A stretch of DNA of 64,000 nt from an uncultured Planctomycetia bacterium (GCA_964650515.1 CAZYUB010000008.1:16126-80125), one strand, 5' to 3'; positions 28,354 to 38,402 are shown, numbered from the stretch's first letter. Made by a program: numbers and translations. The notes: generated from the sequence alone by a model not told the origin.

Positions 28354-29391
28354 TCAATCCCTGTTGATAAAATGTATCATATCCGTCAGCTTCCCGTAGC
28401 TGTGGAAATCAAAATACATGACGAGCCTCGGAAGATGGGGGTACTCGCCCTTCTCTATCTCTTCCTTCAGCGGGGGCGATAGTTTTATCTCACCCTCCGT
28501 AAGGATACCCTTGAACTTCCTGTTAATGGCTGCCAGCGTCTTATCGGATATCTTCCTGTTCAGGCGCAGGACCGTCCGGCCCGACACATACCTTATCGAA
28601 TGGTATACCCTGTAGAATTCCTCTATCAGCCTGATCGCCTCGTCGGCCGTATTCACTATCCTGAAGAGGCTGAGGTCCTCTTTCTCTATGTACCCGTTCC
28701 TCAGCAGCTCATTGTTCACGAAACGCTTCCAGACCTCCCAATATGTCGAGCCCGCCGGCTCCATCATGATTATCGGCCTCGGCTTCGATTTGCCCGTCTG
28801 TATAAGCGTCAGCATCTCGAATCCCTCGTCATTAGTGCCGAACCCGCCCGGGAATAGGACGGTCGCATCGGTCTCCTTTATGAAGATGAGCTTTCTCGTG
28901 AAGAAATACTTGAAGCTTATTATCTTCTGTTTTTCGTATATGAACGGGTTGGGTTTCTGCTCGAACGGCAGGCGGATGTTAAGCGCGAATTCCATGCCCA
29001 TGTTCGCGCCTTTATTGCCGGCCTCCATTACGCCGGGGCCCCCGCCGGTAACGACCATATACCCCTTGCCGGTTATCTTCCTCGCGAAATCCTCCGCCAT
29101 CTTGTATTCCGCGGAAGAGGGCTTTGACCTCGCCGAACCGAATATCACTGCCTTCTTCACCTGCCTGTACGGCGCGAATATCTTGAACGAATACCTGAGC
29201 TCCTTAAGCGTGTTGTTAACGAGCTTAAGGTCCCCCTTGTCGTCGGATTCACGCCCCAATTTGACGGCGGTGGTGATTATCTCGCGCAGGATAGCCTCCG
29301 TCTCTGTGGAGCATGATTCGCAGGTAAGGTCGTTTATCAACCCGTCGACGCTCTTGTCGCCTATCTTATAATCCCCCGGGATCTTCTTCAT
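28354..29391 (-). CDS. LOG-family (TIGR00730, lysine-decarboxylase-like) nucleotide-binding protein, long type
   Basis: GGGPGVMEAGNKGA and PGGFGTNDE signature motifs. Confidence 0.8.
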   Translation of the reverse strand: MKKIPGDYKIGDKSVDGLINDLTCESCSTETEAILREIITTAVKLGRESDDKGDLKLVNNTLKELRYSFKIFAPYRQVKKAVIFGSARSKPSSAEYKMAEDFARKITGKGYMVVTGGGPGVMEAGNKGANMGMEFALNIRLPFEQKPNPFIYEKQKIISFKYFFTRKLIFIKETDATVLFPGGFGTNDEGFEMLTLIQTGKSKPRPIIMMEPAGSTYWEVWKRFVNNELLRNGYIEKEDLSLFRIVNTADEAIRLIEEFYRVYHSIRYVSGRTVLRLNRKISDKTLAAINRKFKGILTEGEIKLSPPLKEEIEKGEYPHLPRLVMYFDFHSYGKLTDMIHFINRD

Positions 29392-30761
29392 GTCTTTAGT
29401 TTGCCTTCCAGTTCCTTTATTCGCTCCTTAAGCTCTATCATCTTAAGCTCCCTGTCAACGGCTACCCTGTGGAACTTCTCCATGTCGTTCATCTTGTCGC
29501 GCAGTTCCTTCTGCGCCTTCTTGAGCGCCGAGATATCCTTCGCTATATGGACGGACCCCATGAACTCGCCGTTATCATCGTATATCGGCGATGTCGAAAC
29601 GAGCAGCGGCAGTCCTATTCTCGGGTCGAATACCTCTTCCACGTGCGTTTTCTTGTCGACGATTGTGAGCTGGTGCGGGCAGCCCGGCCATGGCTTCTCG
29701 GCCCCATGGATTATCCTGAAGCATTTCTCGCCGATGATATCTTCCGACTTCATTTTTAGAAAATTGGTCAACGCCTTGTTCACCCTCACTATCCTGCTGT
29801 CCTTATCTATGACAAATATAAGGTCCGTAATGGAGTCAAAAGTCGTCGACCAGTCCTTTGCCGCCTTACTTATCTCCTCCTCCGCATCCATCCGCTCCTC
29901 TTCGGTACGCAGGAGCGTCCTTGCGCTCATCATTACGATAATACAGAAGACGACCGCGTTAAAGAACGCGACAAGCGACACTCCGAGCTCATTTTGAATG
30001 ATACCGTATCTTTCTCCCGCCAACTTAAGCCATCCGAAGAACGGCGGCAATATAAGCGCGAACGGCAGGATCTTCCGCAGCATTATGCCCGCGGAAAGGT
30101 CTGAACACATGATCCTCATGAAACCCCTGTTCCCGGACGCAAATATCACGCCTACGGACAACAGCAGGAAAAACACGGCGGTATGCAGCGCCATAGCCGT
30201 AAAGCTATACTGTAAAATATACAGGATCTTTACCCCGAAGATATAACCGATCAGGTTCTGGTAGGCAAGCAATCCTGCAACCGCAGAGACAGCCTGCGCG
30301 GCGTAAATGCTGCGTTCCGTCTTTCCCCGGACCAAGGCCAGGGAAATGTTCAGCAGGATGAAATTTGCCGCTGTGACCGGGGCCATCCTTCCTAAATGCG
30401 TAGTAAGGATAGCGCCGGCAGGCTCCCTGAACAACAGCTGGTCGATACCCAGCTCAACGCCTGCGGCATATTCGATCACCGTCAGGAGCCCTATTATGCC
30501 CGCGGCCAAAGAAGCGGCGAGCGCAATACCTTCGCTTTTATTGTCCCTGCGAGGCCCGGAGGAGATGATATAAAGCGATATACCTGTAAGCATGAAAGCC
30601 AGCGCGGTATTGAACTTCATTGTGACCATGCCCGGAAAGACGCTTTTCAGGATACCGATATCCAGGAACCACCCGGCCAATACGAGGAAACCTCCGCATA
30701 CGGCAAGCAGCGCTGTGGCCACGGAGACATTCCTGTAATTCTTTTCCCTGGCCTCTTTCAT
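29388..30761 (-). CDS. polytopic membrane sensor with cytoplasmic PAS domain and C-terminal coiled coil (no output domain)
   Basis: ~6 TM helices in the first 280 aa, then a PAS fold (SITDLIFVIDKDSRIVRVN...), then a coiled coil. Confidence 0.6.
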   Translation of the reverse strand: MKEAREKNYRNVSVATALLAVCGGFLVLAGWFLDIGILKSVFPGMVTMKFNTALAFMLTGISLYIISSGPRRDNKSEGIALAASLAAGIIGLLTVIEYAAGVELGIDQLLFREPAGAILTTHLGRMAPVTAANFILLNISLALVRGKTERSIYAAQAVSAVAGLLAYQNLIGYIFGVKILYILQYSFTAMALHTAVFFLLLSVGVIFASGNRGFMRIMCSDLSAGIMLRKILPFALILPPFFGWLKLAGERYGIIQNELGVSLVAFFNAVVFCIIVMMSARTLLRTEEERMDAEEEISKAAKDWSTTFDSITDLIFVIDKDSRIVRVNKALTNFLKMKSEDIIGEKCFRIIHGAEKPWPGCPHQLTIVDKKTHVEEVFDPRIGLPLLVSTSPIYDDNGEFMGSVHIAKDISALKKAQKELRDKMNDMEKFHRVAVDRELKMIELKERIKELEGKLKT

Positions 30762-30780
30762 GTCATGCCTCCCTCAGGTT

Positions 30781-32085
30781 TTACCTCAACTCCAGTATGC
30801 GCCAATGCGTATCGTCGTCCTGCATCTCCTCCGTGCGCCCTTCGACGCAGGCGAAGATACTGTCCGGGTATTCCAGCAGCGAGAGCGGCACCCTGAGCGT
30901 TATCGTCCTGGGGCCGTGGTCCGCGCTCACCTCTTTGGATGATAACCTTTTGTGCATGTCCCTGCAATGGAGGCCGTCGGCATCCATCCTTATATGCAGT
31001 TTCGGCATGCCGGAAAATCCCCGTCCTTTTTTGTATCCTATAAGATAAGCCGTAAAATCCCTGTCCACATCCGCCCTTCCCGCCGTCGCCAGGTGCACTA
31101 CGACGCTGCCGTCTTCGATGCCGTATATGCCGCTGCGCCCGCCGTCTTTCATCTTAAGCGGCGCATAATCGCCGAAAAGCTCGTTCCTCCTGGCGAAGGA
31201 AAAGAGGTACGCCGGGTCATACGCCAACTGGCTCTTATAGGCCTTGATGGCATCATGCTTAGTTTTCACGTCCTCCTGCGGCAGGTCGAACGTCCCCCAT
31301 GATACCCGTTTGAACGGGACCGGCGGCTTCAGGCCCAGTTCGGGACGGTACCCTTTCGGCGCGGGCCAGCCCTGGACATGCACGATATAAGGATGCACGG
31401 ACGGCGGCTCGATCGAGCCTTCCGTGTCCCAGAGCGCGACGCGCAGGAAAAGATACAGCGCCTTATGGTCCGGGTTTGAATCCGACGGATGCGAAACAAA
31501 TATGTCGGTAGGCCGGAATTGCGTCAGGATGTCCTCCAGGTCCTTAAGTATGCTCTCGCCGGTATAGGGCGCGCCGCATGAGACCGCCCCGGAATACGGG
31601 ACCTTCGTCTGCTTTGTCAGCATCGCCTCGTAGGGCTTACCGTCGCCCCAGTAGCCCGTGAAGATCGCGAGCGTCCCGAAATCCGGGTAGCCGAGGAATG
31701 ATACATCCTGCGCCCCGAGCCCCATCCCGGACATTGCTGCCAACGTCTCCTTCATCCTCGTCTCCCCCATCGCGATGAGGCCTTTCGCCGACAGGACCGG
31801 GTGCTTCTTATATATAAGGAACGCTATCTCGTTATTGTCGCCGTTGGTCAGGCATACCACTTTTACTTTCGCGCCCGCGCCCAGCGCCTTCTTCATAACC
31901 CCAAAAGCGGCTATCGTCTCGTCGTCGGGATGGGGAGCGAGCACAAGGACCCTGTCGGAACGCTTGAACGTTATATCGTCGGAAGCCAAAGCGGTGACAG
32001 CGCATGACAGGAACAGGATGATGCCCGGTATTATTACGGAAGAGATCTTCGCCACGTCTTTATTATAAGGGCAACGGAATGCCAT
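30781..32085 (-). CDS. PIG-L/LmbE-family N-acetylglucosaminyl deacetylase with N-terminal anchor and ~230-aa C-terminal extension
   Basis: VLAPHPDDETIA motif. Start placed at the internal MAFRCPY so that the gene abuts the upstream stop. Confidence 0.75.
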   Translation of the reverse strand: MAFRCPYNKDVAKISSVIIPGIILFLSCAVTALASDDITFKRSDRVLVLAPHPDDETIAAFGVMKKALGAGAKVKVVCLTNGDNNEIAFLIYKKHPVLSAKGLIAMGETRMKETLAAMSGMGLGAQDVSFLGYPDFGTLAIFTGYWGDGKPYEAMLTKQTKVPYSGAVSCGAPYTGESILKDLEDILTQFRPTDIFVSHPSDSNPDHKALYLFLRVALWDTEGSIEPPSVHPYIVHVQGWPAPKGYRPELGLKPPVPFKRVSWGTFDLPQEDVKTKHDAIKAYKSQLAYDPAYLFSFARRNELFGDYAPLKMKDGGRSGIYGIEDGSVVVHLATAGRADVDRDFTAYLIGYKKGRGFSGMPKLHIRMDADGLHCRDMHKRLSSKEVSADHGPRTITLRVPLSLLEYPDSIFACVEGRTEEMQDDDTHWRILELR

Positions 32086-32086
32086 A

Positions 32087-32902
32087 TCAAGGATTTTCGG
32101 AAATCCGGTGCAAAGGCATATCGAGCAGGGCGGGCCACTTGCGGTCCCAGCCGGAATAATGATTGACGCCTTCCACGGCCGTGATGCTTTCGTGTTTTCC
32201 GTCTCCGGCCTTCTCGGCAAAGGACTCCGCCGCCTCCGGAGGTATTATCCTGTCTTCGTAAGAGATGAAATGCCGCTGCGGGACTCTTTTTAATTTAACC
32301 GCGGCATCGACCGGGTCCAATGACCCTTTTAGCGGGCTTACTTTGTTCTTTCTGCTGACGGCGGCGCTGTCGAGGTTGCCGGCTACCGTGCGCAGGCCTA
32401 TGACATCATCACGGCACGCGGCAATAAGCGCGGCGACAGCCGCCCCTCCGGAATATCCTACCAGGCTGACCTCTCCGGCGCCTGCCATATCGCGCAAGTC
32501 GCTTACCGCCGAATCCATGTCCGCTATGACCTCGGGCGCGAACCTTTTAGACATCCAGTATTTCGCGTCGCAGTCCGACGCTCCTTCCGAAGGATATTGC
32601 CCGGGACGCGCGAGATACGCGACATTCGGCGACGGGTCGAGGGACGCAAGCTTCATGACAAGCTGGCTTGCGGGAGTCGGGTCGGAAGATGCGCGGTACC
32701 GGTCCAGCCACGCGCGGCCGTCCCCTTCTATATATACGGTAAGCGGTTCGCCGGGGCTGGTTACCTTTATGCGGGAATACAGGATAAAATCGCGGCCGCG
32801 TATCAGTTTCTTCGTGAACCCGCTATCGTACCCAGGGTTATACGAGGTGGTCACGCATCCGGAAAGGCAAAATACCGCTATAATCGCGTACAGCGGCCTC
32901 AT
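32087..32902 (-). CDS. lipoprotein, alpha/beta-hydrolase-like (GYSGG nucleophile elbow)
   Basis: Lipobox LSGC; VGYSGGAAVA serine-hydrolase motif. Confidence 0.55.
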   Translation of the reverse strand: MRPLYAIIAVFCLSGCVTTSYNPGYDSGFTKKLIRGRDFILYSRIKVTSPGEPLTVYIEGDGRAWLDRYRASSDPTPASQLVMKLASLDPSPNVAYLARPGQYPSEGASDCDAKYWMSKRFAPEVIADMDSAVSDLRDMAGAGEVSLVGYSGGAAVAALIAACRDDVIGLRTVAGNLDSAAVSRKNKVSPLKGSLDPVDAAVKLKRVPQRHFISYEDRIIPPEAAESFAEKAGDGKHESITAVEGVNHYSGWDRKWPALLDMPLHRISENP

Positions 32903-32905
32903 TTC

Positions 32906-33595
32906 TCACTGTCCCGAGGAATGGCTCTGCAGCGACAGGCTGCAGCCGACCGTCCCCTTTATCAGGACGGGCAGGCGGTCCTTGTCCTTGCTGACCCATA
33001 TCTCGAACTTGTCGGGTTTGCTCGTGAAGTGGTAGGCGGTCACTTTCCTGTCATTGACCTTCACGTCCTCGATGTCGGTAAGAGTGACGGTAAACTCCTC
33101 CTGGAGCCGTATGACCGTGCTCCAACCCACTTCGAGGCCGTCGATACGCCGCAGGCTGAAAGGCAACAGCACGGCGTTATGGTACGGGCTGTCCGATTTA
33201 TATTTGTATTCGTCGGAGACCTTTTCGTTCATGAACTTCTTGATCACGAGGGAGTTGTTCCTGGGGTCGTATTCCTCGATAAGGTGCTCTTTGGCCAGCG
33301 GCCAGCTGATATGCCGCTCGACTATCAGCGGCATTCCGGTCTCCGGGTCGGCATATATCTCTTCGAGGTCGCTGAACCCGGCAAGTTTGGTCCGGAAGGT
33401 CACATGCCAGTACGTCTTGCCCTGGCGTTCTACGAGCCCCATATCCTCATACTCCGCCTTCCCTGCCGGGCTGACGTTATAGATGATCTTCTCGCCCTGG
33501 GATACCGTGGCCGGAATATTGCCGGACACGGCAAGCAGTGACGCCGCTAACATTATATTCAATACCGACTTGCCTTGCATGTCTATCGACCTCAT
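32906..33595 (-). CDS. secreted hypothetical protein (DUF3108-like beta-rich protein?)
   Basis: Signal peptide; 229 aa; no catalytic motif. Confidence 0.45.
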   Translation of the reverse strand: MRSIDMQGKSVLNIMLAASLLAVSGNIPATVSQGEKIIYNVSPAGKAEYEDMGLVERQGKTYWHVTFRTKLAGFSDLEEIYADPETGMPLIVERHISWPLAKEHLIEEYDPRNNSLVIKKFMNEKVSDEYKYKSDSPYHNAVLLPFSLRRIDGLEVGWSTVIRLQEEFTVTLTDIEDVKVNDRKVTAYHFTSKPDKFEIWVSKDKDRLPVLIKGTVGCSLSLQSHSSGQ

Positions 33596-33837
33596 TAACC
33601 GGGATTGCGTTTTGCCCTGACGAGTTCCACCAGCTCGCCCACGGTAGCGACTGCGTCAACCTCTTCATCGGATATTGTGATATTATACTTCTCTTCGATG
33701 TCAATTGCCAGTCTTACTATATCGACGAAATCCATAAAGAGGTGCTCTATCAGAAGGGACTCCGGCAGTATCCTCTCGACCGGCATCTTTATCTGCTCGT
33801 TTATCAGTTCCCTGACCTCTTCGAATAGTGTCTTCAT
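33595..33837 (-). CDS. acyl-carrier-protein-like small acidic protein lacking the phosphopantetheine serine (DSL replaced by DFV)
   Basis: 80 aa; aligns with the ACP helix II region (LFMDFVDIVRLAIDIEEKYNI versus LGADSLDTVELVMALEEEF); the codon at the Ser position is TTC. Confidence 0.6.
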   Translation of the reverse strand: MKTLFEEVRELINEQIKMPVERILPESLLIEHLFMDFVDIVRLAIDIEEKYNITISDEEVDAVATVGELVELVRAKRNPG

Positions 33838-35355
33838 CTAATGGACCATGACCGTCCCTTTATTCTTGACCTCACGGAAGATGAACACGAGGAAGACGCA
33901 TGAAAAAGCTATCATCCCGTAGTATTGGAAGCAATCGATATAGGAAAGAAGCGCTGCCTGGCGCATCAATTCCCTGTAAAGGAGGCCGTCCGCAAGCCCT
34001 GAATACGCTTTCGCCACCTGCTGATATATCTGGTTAAAGGGGTTTAGCTGGCCCACAAGGGCCGCCTGGTGCGCCTGCGCCATGCGGGACAGTATCGTCG
34101 TTGACACCGCAATGCCTACGCTTCCGCCGATATTCCTCATCAGGTTAAAAAGCCCGGAGCCGTTGCCTATGTCACTCGCATGCAGCGTCCCGAAAGCCAC
34201 TATCGATAACGGCACAAAGACCATCATCGTCCCGAAACCCAGGATAAAGAGCGGGACCACCCTCGAATCCATGGAGATCTGCAGGTTGATGTTGCCGAGG
34301 GACAGCGCCGCCAATCCTATTATGACAAGGCCTGCGGCTATCAGGACCTTGTTCTTGAAATAGATACATAGGCGCGAGACCGACATGGCCCCGATAAATG
34401 CCCCTATCCCGAGAGGGACCAGTATTAGCCCGCTTAAATAGGCCGTGTATCCCATCATCGTCTGGTAAAATAGCGGCATGAGCGCCATGACCCCGTACAT
34501 TATCGCGCCGATCATGAAAGCGATGATCATTCCGCCGGTAAGGTTCCTGTCCTTGAGGATGCGCAGGTCAACCACCGGATGCTTCACGCGGAATTCCCAT
34601 ATGATGAACGCGACGAGCGAAACGACGACAACGATCGTCGTCCAGCATATCCACGACGCCTGGAACCAATCCGCCTCCTGGCCCTTGTCGAGTACCAGCT
34701 GAAGCGCGCCGAGGCCCAGGGCCATCAGCGCGAACCCGTAATAGTCGATGCCGGTCCTGGTCTTACGTATGTACGGCGGATCCTCAACGAAGACCTTTGA
34801 CATAATGACCGCTATGACACCAACGGGCACGTTTATGAAGAAGAGCCACCGCCAAGAAAAGTTATCGGTGAGCCAGCCCCCGATGACGGGGCCTATGATA
34901 GGTGCCACTATCACACCCATCGCGAAGACCGCCATGGCTGAGGTGCGTTTCTCCTTCGGGAAACTTTCAAGCAGTATCGCCTGGGAGATCGGCTGGAGGG
35001 CCCCTCCACCTATGCCCTGGAATATACGGAACAAGACCAATTGCCCGAGGCTGCCGGCTATGCCGCAGAGGACCGACGAAATGGTAAACAATGATATACA
35101 GACAAGGAGCACGCGCTTACGGCCGAAAAAACTTCCGAACCATGCCGAGGCGGGCAATATGATGGCGTTCGCGACAAGATAACTCGTTAAGACCCAGGTC
35201 CCTTCATGGGTGGTCGCGGAAAGGTTCCCCGCGATCTGCGGCAAGGCGACATTCGCGATGGATGTGTCGAGGACTTCCATGGTCGCGGCCAGCATGACCG
35301 CAATGCAGATAAGCCACGGATTGCTTTTCGGGCGCCATTCCTCGTGCTGCATCAA
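33838..35355 (-). CDS. emrB: MFS drug:H+ antiporter, 14-TM DHA2 family (EmrB/QacA)
   Basis: 505 aa; MFS motif A; 14 TM helices. Confidence 0.85.
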   Translation of the reverse strand: MMQHEEWRPKSNPWLICIAVMLAATMEVLDTSIANVALPQIAGNLSATTHEGTWVLTSYLVANAIILPASAWFGSFFGRKRVLLVCISLFTISSVLCGIAGSLGQLVLFRIFQGIGGGALQPISQAILLESFPKEKRTSAMAVFAMGVIVAPIIGPVIGGWLTDNFSWRWLFFINVPVGVIAVIMSKVFVEDPPYIRKTRTGIDYYGFALMALGLGALQLVLDKGQEADWFQASWICWTTIVVVVSLVAFIIWEFRVKHPVVDLRILKDRNLTGGMIIAFMIGAIMYGVMALMPLFYQTMMGYTAYLSGLILVPLGIGAFIGAMSVSRLCIYFKNKVLIAAGLVIIGLAALSLGNINLQISMDSRVVPLFILGFGTMMVFVPLSIVAFGTLHASDIGNGSGLFNLMRNIGGSVGIAVSTTILSRMAQAHQAALVGQLNPFNQIYQQVAKAYSGLADGLLYRELMRQAALLSYIDCFQYYGMIAFSCVFLVFIFREVKNKGTVMVH

Positions 35356-36215
35356 CGGACCTTTATCTCTGCGATGACCGACATGCCTACGCCGAGGTCA
35401 TATTTATCGTAGGGTTTGCCGTCGAAGACGATCTTTACCGGAATGCGCTGGACCACTTTCACAAAGTTCCCGGACGCATTCTCGGGAGGGAACATGCTGA
35501 ATTTGGCTCCTGTGCCGCGTTGGATGCTGTCTACGCGGCCATCGAAGACCTTGCCCGGGTATGTATCTATCTTTATCCTGGCCTCCTGGCCGGGCCTGAC
35601 ATTCTTAAGCTGGGTCTCCTTAAAATTGGCGACTACCCACATTTCGTCCGAAACGACCGCCATAAGGCCCTGCCCAGGCTGTATCTGGTTGCCCGACTCG
35701 ACGGACCTTTTCGCCACATGGCCGTCCGCTGGGGCGCATATCTTCGTATATTCAAGGTTGCGCTGAGCGATGTTGAACTGCGCCTCGGCGGCTTCGGCCT
35801 GTGCTTTCGCTAGATTATACGCCGTGACGGAATTCTCATACCTTTCTTTCGGGTATACCTCTTCCTTATATAACGCCTCGGCGCGGTCCCTGTCGCGCGA
35901 CGCCTGCTCAAAAGCCACCTTACGTATGTCCAGGGCCGCCTGCGCCTCTTTTACCCTCAGTTCGTAATCCGCGGGATCGATCTCGACCAGCACGTCCCCC
36001 TTTTTCACGATACGGTTATCTTCCGCGTTCACCGTCCCGACCGTCCCGGGGACTTTTGACGCTATGCTGTGGATCCTTCCCTCGATGTATGCGTCATCGG
36101 TGGAAACGCGGCTTAGGCCGCCTATTACAAAGAGGATGAATACCACGGCGGCAGTACCGCACGCAGCCAGAAATATTCCAAGCAGTTTCGCTTTCTTAAT
36201 GTTTTTCAGGTCCAT
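35352..36215 (-). CDS. emrA: HlyD-family membrane fusion protein (EmrA-like)
   Basis: N-terminal anchor, coiled-coil and lipoyl/beta-barrel domains. Confidence 0.85.
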   Translation of the reverse strand: MDLKNIKKAKLLGIFLAACGTAAVVFILFVIGGLSRVSTDDAYIEGRIHSIASKVPGTVGTVNAEDNRIVKKGDVLVEIDPADYELRVKEAQAALDIRKVAFEQASRDRDRAEALYKEEVYPKERYENSVTAYNLAKAQAEAAEAQFNIAQRNLEYTKICAPADGHVAKRSVESGNQIQPGQGLMAVVSDEMWVVANFKETQLKNVRPGQEARIKIDTYPGKVFDGRVDSIQRGTGAKFSMFPPENASGNFVKVVQRIPVKIVFDGKPYDKYDLGVGMSVIAEIKVR

Positions 36216-37560
36216 TTTTGTTCTCCATTGTCTCGTAGATAAGTGTAAGGTCGATACCCATGGAATACATAAGCCTCGCGTAATTACGCTTCAACTCGTA
36301 ATCCGCGCTGTAATAATTGGTCCGGGCCCTCGTCTGAAGGGTTATCGCCTCAAGCACATCCGTGGGCGTGGCGACTCCCGCCGAATATTTTACGCGGTAT
36401 GCGCGGACGTTCTCGTCTGCCTGCCCGATCGCTTCCGAGGCAACGGAGACCTTTTCGCAGGCATCCTTCAGGCCGAGATGGCTGTCTTCCACCTCGAACT
36501 TGATATCCTCGACCAGCTTTTCCTTCTGTTCCTTTATCTGCTTCTGCAAAGCGCGTTCCTTGAGCAGGTCCGCCCTCGCCGCGCCGCCGTCATAGAGGTT
36601 CATCTTGACCCCGAGGTTTACCGACACGTTGTCCTCGTGGACCAAGTAACTATTTTTCGTGTGGTTATACCCGCCGTCGGCATAAAGGACGGGGAGGTTC
36701 TCTACCGCCTTCGCCCTCTCGCTCGAGACGGACGCTTTTATCCTGTTCTCATAAAAAGATATCTCCGGTCTCTGCTCCTGCGCGATAGCCCAGGCGTCCT
36801 CTATGCCAGGGCACTGCGGCAGTTCCATCTCTATGTCCCGCACAATGAGCTTCTCCCTAAGAGGGAAAGCCAGTATATTATTCAGCCTTGCCACGGCGAC
36901 TTCCCTGCCGTTACGCGCCGCTATCAGTTTTTGTTTGGCGTCGGCGAGCTCCACCTTTGCGGGAAGCAGGTCGTTCTTTACTATGACCCCCTGCTTGAAC
37001 AGGTGTTCCATGTCCTCAATATAGGAATCAAGGTTCTCGACCTCTTTTTCCGCGACATTTATCATCTTTTCCGATTCCAGCAGGTCCAGGTATGCCGTAA
37101 TGAATTCGAGCGTGGCCACGCGTTTAACGCTCTCGCTCCGGGCCTTCGACGCCTCGACCATATCCTTTGACGCACGGTAGTTGGAGAGGCTCTTGCCGAA
37201 GTCGAACAGCGTCTGGTAGACGCTCACGCCGAAAGAATACGGGTTCTTGTCAGAGGTCGGCACCGACACACCCCCGAATTTCATCTCCTGCTTATACCTG
37301 TTGAATGTCTGGACGGCGCCTACATTCAGCTGCGGAAGCATCACTGAACGGGCCATCATCGAGTTCTGGAAAGCCATCTCATCGTCATAGGCCGATATCT
37401 TGACCAACCGGCTGTCCTTCTGCACTATAGCGATCCCTTCCTGGATAGTCAGAAGCCTGCCTTCCTTCCCGGCCGCCTCTTCCCCGCATGCCGGACGTCC
37501 TGTACAAGCGAACAGGGCCAGGAATACGCTTGCCGCTATGATTACCGACTTCCTTGACAT
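36196..37560 (-). CDS. TolC-family outer membrane efflux protein
   Basis: Signal peptide; duplicated OEP repeats. Confidence 0.85.
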   Translation of the reverse strand: MSRKSVIIAASVFLALFACTGRPACGEEAAGKEGRLLTIQEGIAIVQKDSRLVKISAYDDEMAFQNSMMARSVMLPQLNVGAVQTFNRYKQEMKFGGVSVPTSDKNPYSFGVSVYQTLFDFGKSLSNYRASKDMVEASKARSESVKRVATLEFITAYLDLLESEKMINVAEKEVENLDSYIEDMEHLFKQGVIVKNDLLPAKVELADAKQKLIAARNGREVAVARLNNILAFPLREKLIVRDIEMELPQCPGIEDAWAIAQEQRPEISFYENRIKASVSSERAKAVENLPVLYADGGYNHTKNSYLVHEDNVSVNLGVKMNLYDGGAARADLLKERALQKQIKEQKEKLVEDIKFEVEDSHLGLKDACEKVSVASEAIGQADENVRAYRVKYSAGVATPTDVLEAITLQTRARTNYYSADYELKRNYARLMYSMGIDLTLIYETMENKNGPEKH

Positions 37561-37598
37561 ATTGCCGATCCTTCCTTTGTCACATGCTTACTATCAAT

Positions 37599-37635
37599 GG
37601 TGAACGTATACTTCATTTTATGAACCTTTGTTCAT
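37599..37635 (-). promoter_or_regulatory. two tandem TetR-type operator palindromes (ATGAAC-N4-GTTCAT, plus a degenerate copy) just downstream of the tolC -10
   Basis: Sense: TATATT-tctaaa-ATGAACAAAGGTTCAT-aaa-ATGAAGTATACGTTCA. Confidence 0.6.
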
Positions 37636-37641
37636 TTTAGA

Positions 37642-37670
37642 AATATACCATTCATTATGGGTTTTGTCAA
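37642..37670 (-). promoter_or_regulatory. sigma70-type promoter of the tolC operon (TTGACA-17-TATATT)
   Basis: Consensus hexamers with 17-nt spacer, ~80 nt upstream of the tolC ATG. Confidence 0.6.
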
Positions 37671-37700
37671 GATGGATATTTCAGGCGGGGTGATGTACCT

Positions 37701-38315
37701 CTACTTGCCGGATATGCCGTTCAGCAGGCACCTTATTATCATATCGGACATGTCGGCCAGGCTCTTCTTCCCTTTTCCGTCTTCCTTGAACCATTTCATG
37801 ACATATGACTTCATTATCGCGGTAAGTATGTCCAGGATCTGCGTAGGCTCGAAATCCCTGCTTATGACCCCTTCCTTCTGAGCCTGTTTGACTATATCCG
37901 CCATGTACCTTTCGAATTTCTGGCCTGCGGGTGTGCTCCTGAGCCCTTTTTCGGCGAGCATCATTTCATCGGCTTCCGATATGAAGATGCGGAAGAAATC
38001 CAGGTTGTTCTCGAAAAACACGAGGGATTCGCGCACGAACGTCTCCAGCTTACCCTTCGCGTCCTTAGCCGACGACATCTTCTCCTCGACTATCGACAGC
38101 ATCGTCTTCAGCTTTTCCGTGGACAAGGAGAGGTACAGCTCATCCTTATCCTTGAAATGCAGGTAGACGGTGCCGGTAGCATACTGGGCTTCTTTTGCGA
38201 TATCCCTTATCGTCGCCTTGTGGTATCCCTTAAGCGCGAAGATATGCTCCGCCGCCGCGAAGATATCCGATCTTCGCAATTGCCTGTCCCTTTCTTTCCT
38301 GCTGAATCCGGCCAT
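37701..38315 (-). CDS. TetR/AcrR-family transcriptional repressor
   Basis: N-terminal HTH (TIRDIAKEAQYATGTVYLHFKDK). Confidence 0.9.
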   Translation of the reverse strand: MAGFSRKERDRQLRRSDIFAAAEHIFALKGYHKATIRDIAKEAQYATGTVYLHFKDKDELYLSLSTEKLKTMLSIVEEKMSSAKDAKGKLETFVRESLVFFENNLDFFRIFISEADEMMLAEKGLRSTPAGQKFERYMADIVKQAQKEGVISRDFEPTQILDILTAIMKSYVMKWFKEDGKGKKSLADMSDMIIRCLLNGISGK

Positions 38316-38345
38316 TTCGCCTCATTTAGGATAATTTTCAATTAC

Positions 38346-38391
38346 TGAACATCCGTTCATAATATATACCATCCGGCCCCGCCCGTGTCAA
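38346..38391 (-). promoter_or_regulatory. tetR promoter (TTGACA-17-TATATA) with an overlapping operator copy ATGAACGGATGTTCAG
   Basis: Same TGAAC-N4-GTTCA palindrome as upstream of tolC, i.e. autoregulation. Confidence 0.6.
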
Positions 38392-38402
38392 GTTAATAAC
38401 CT

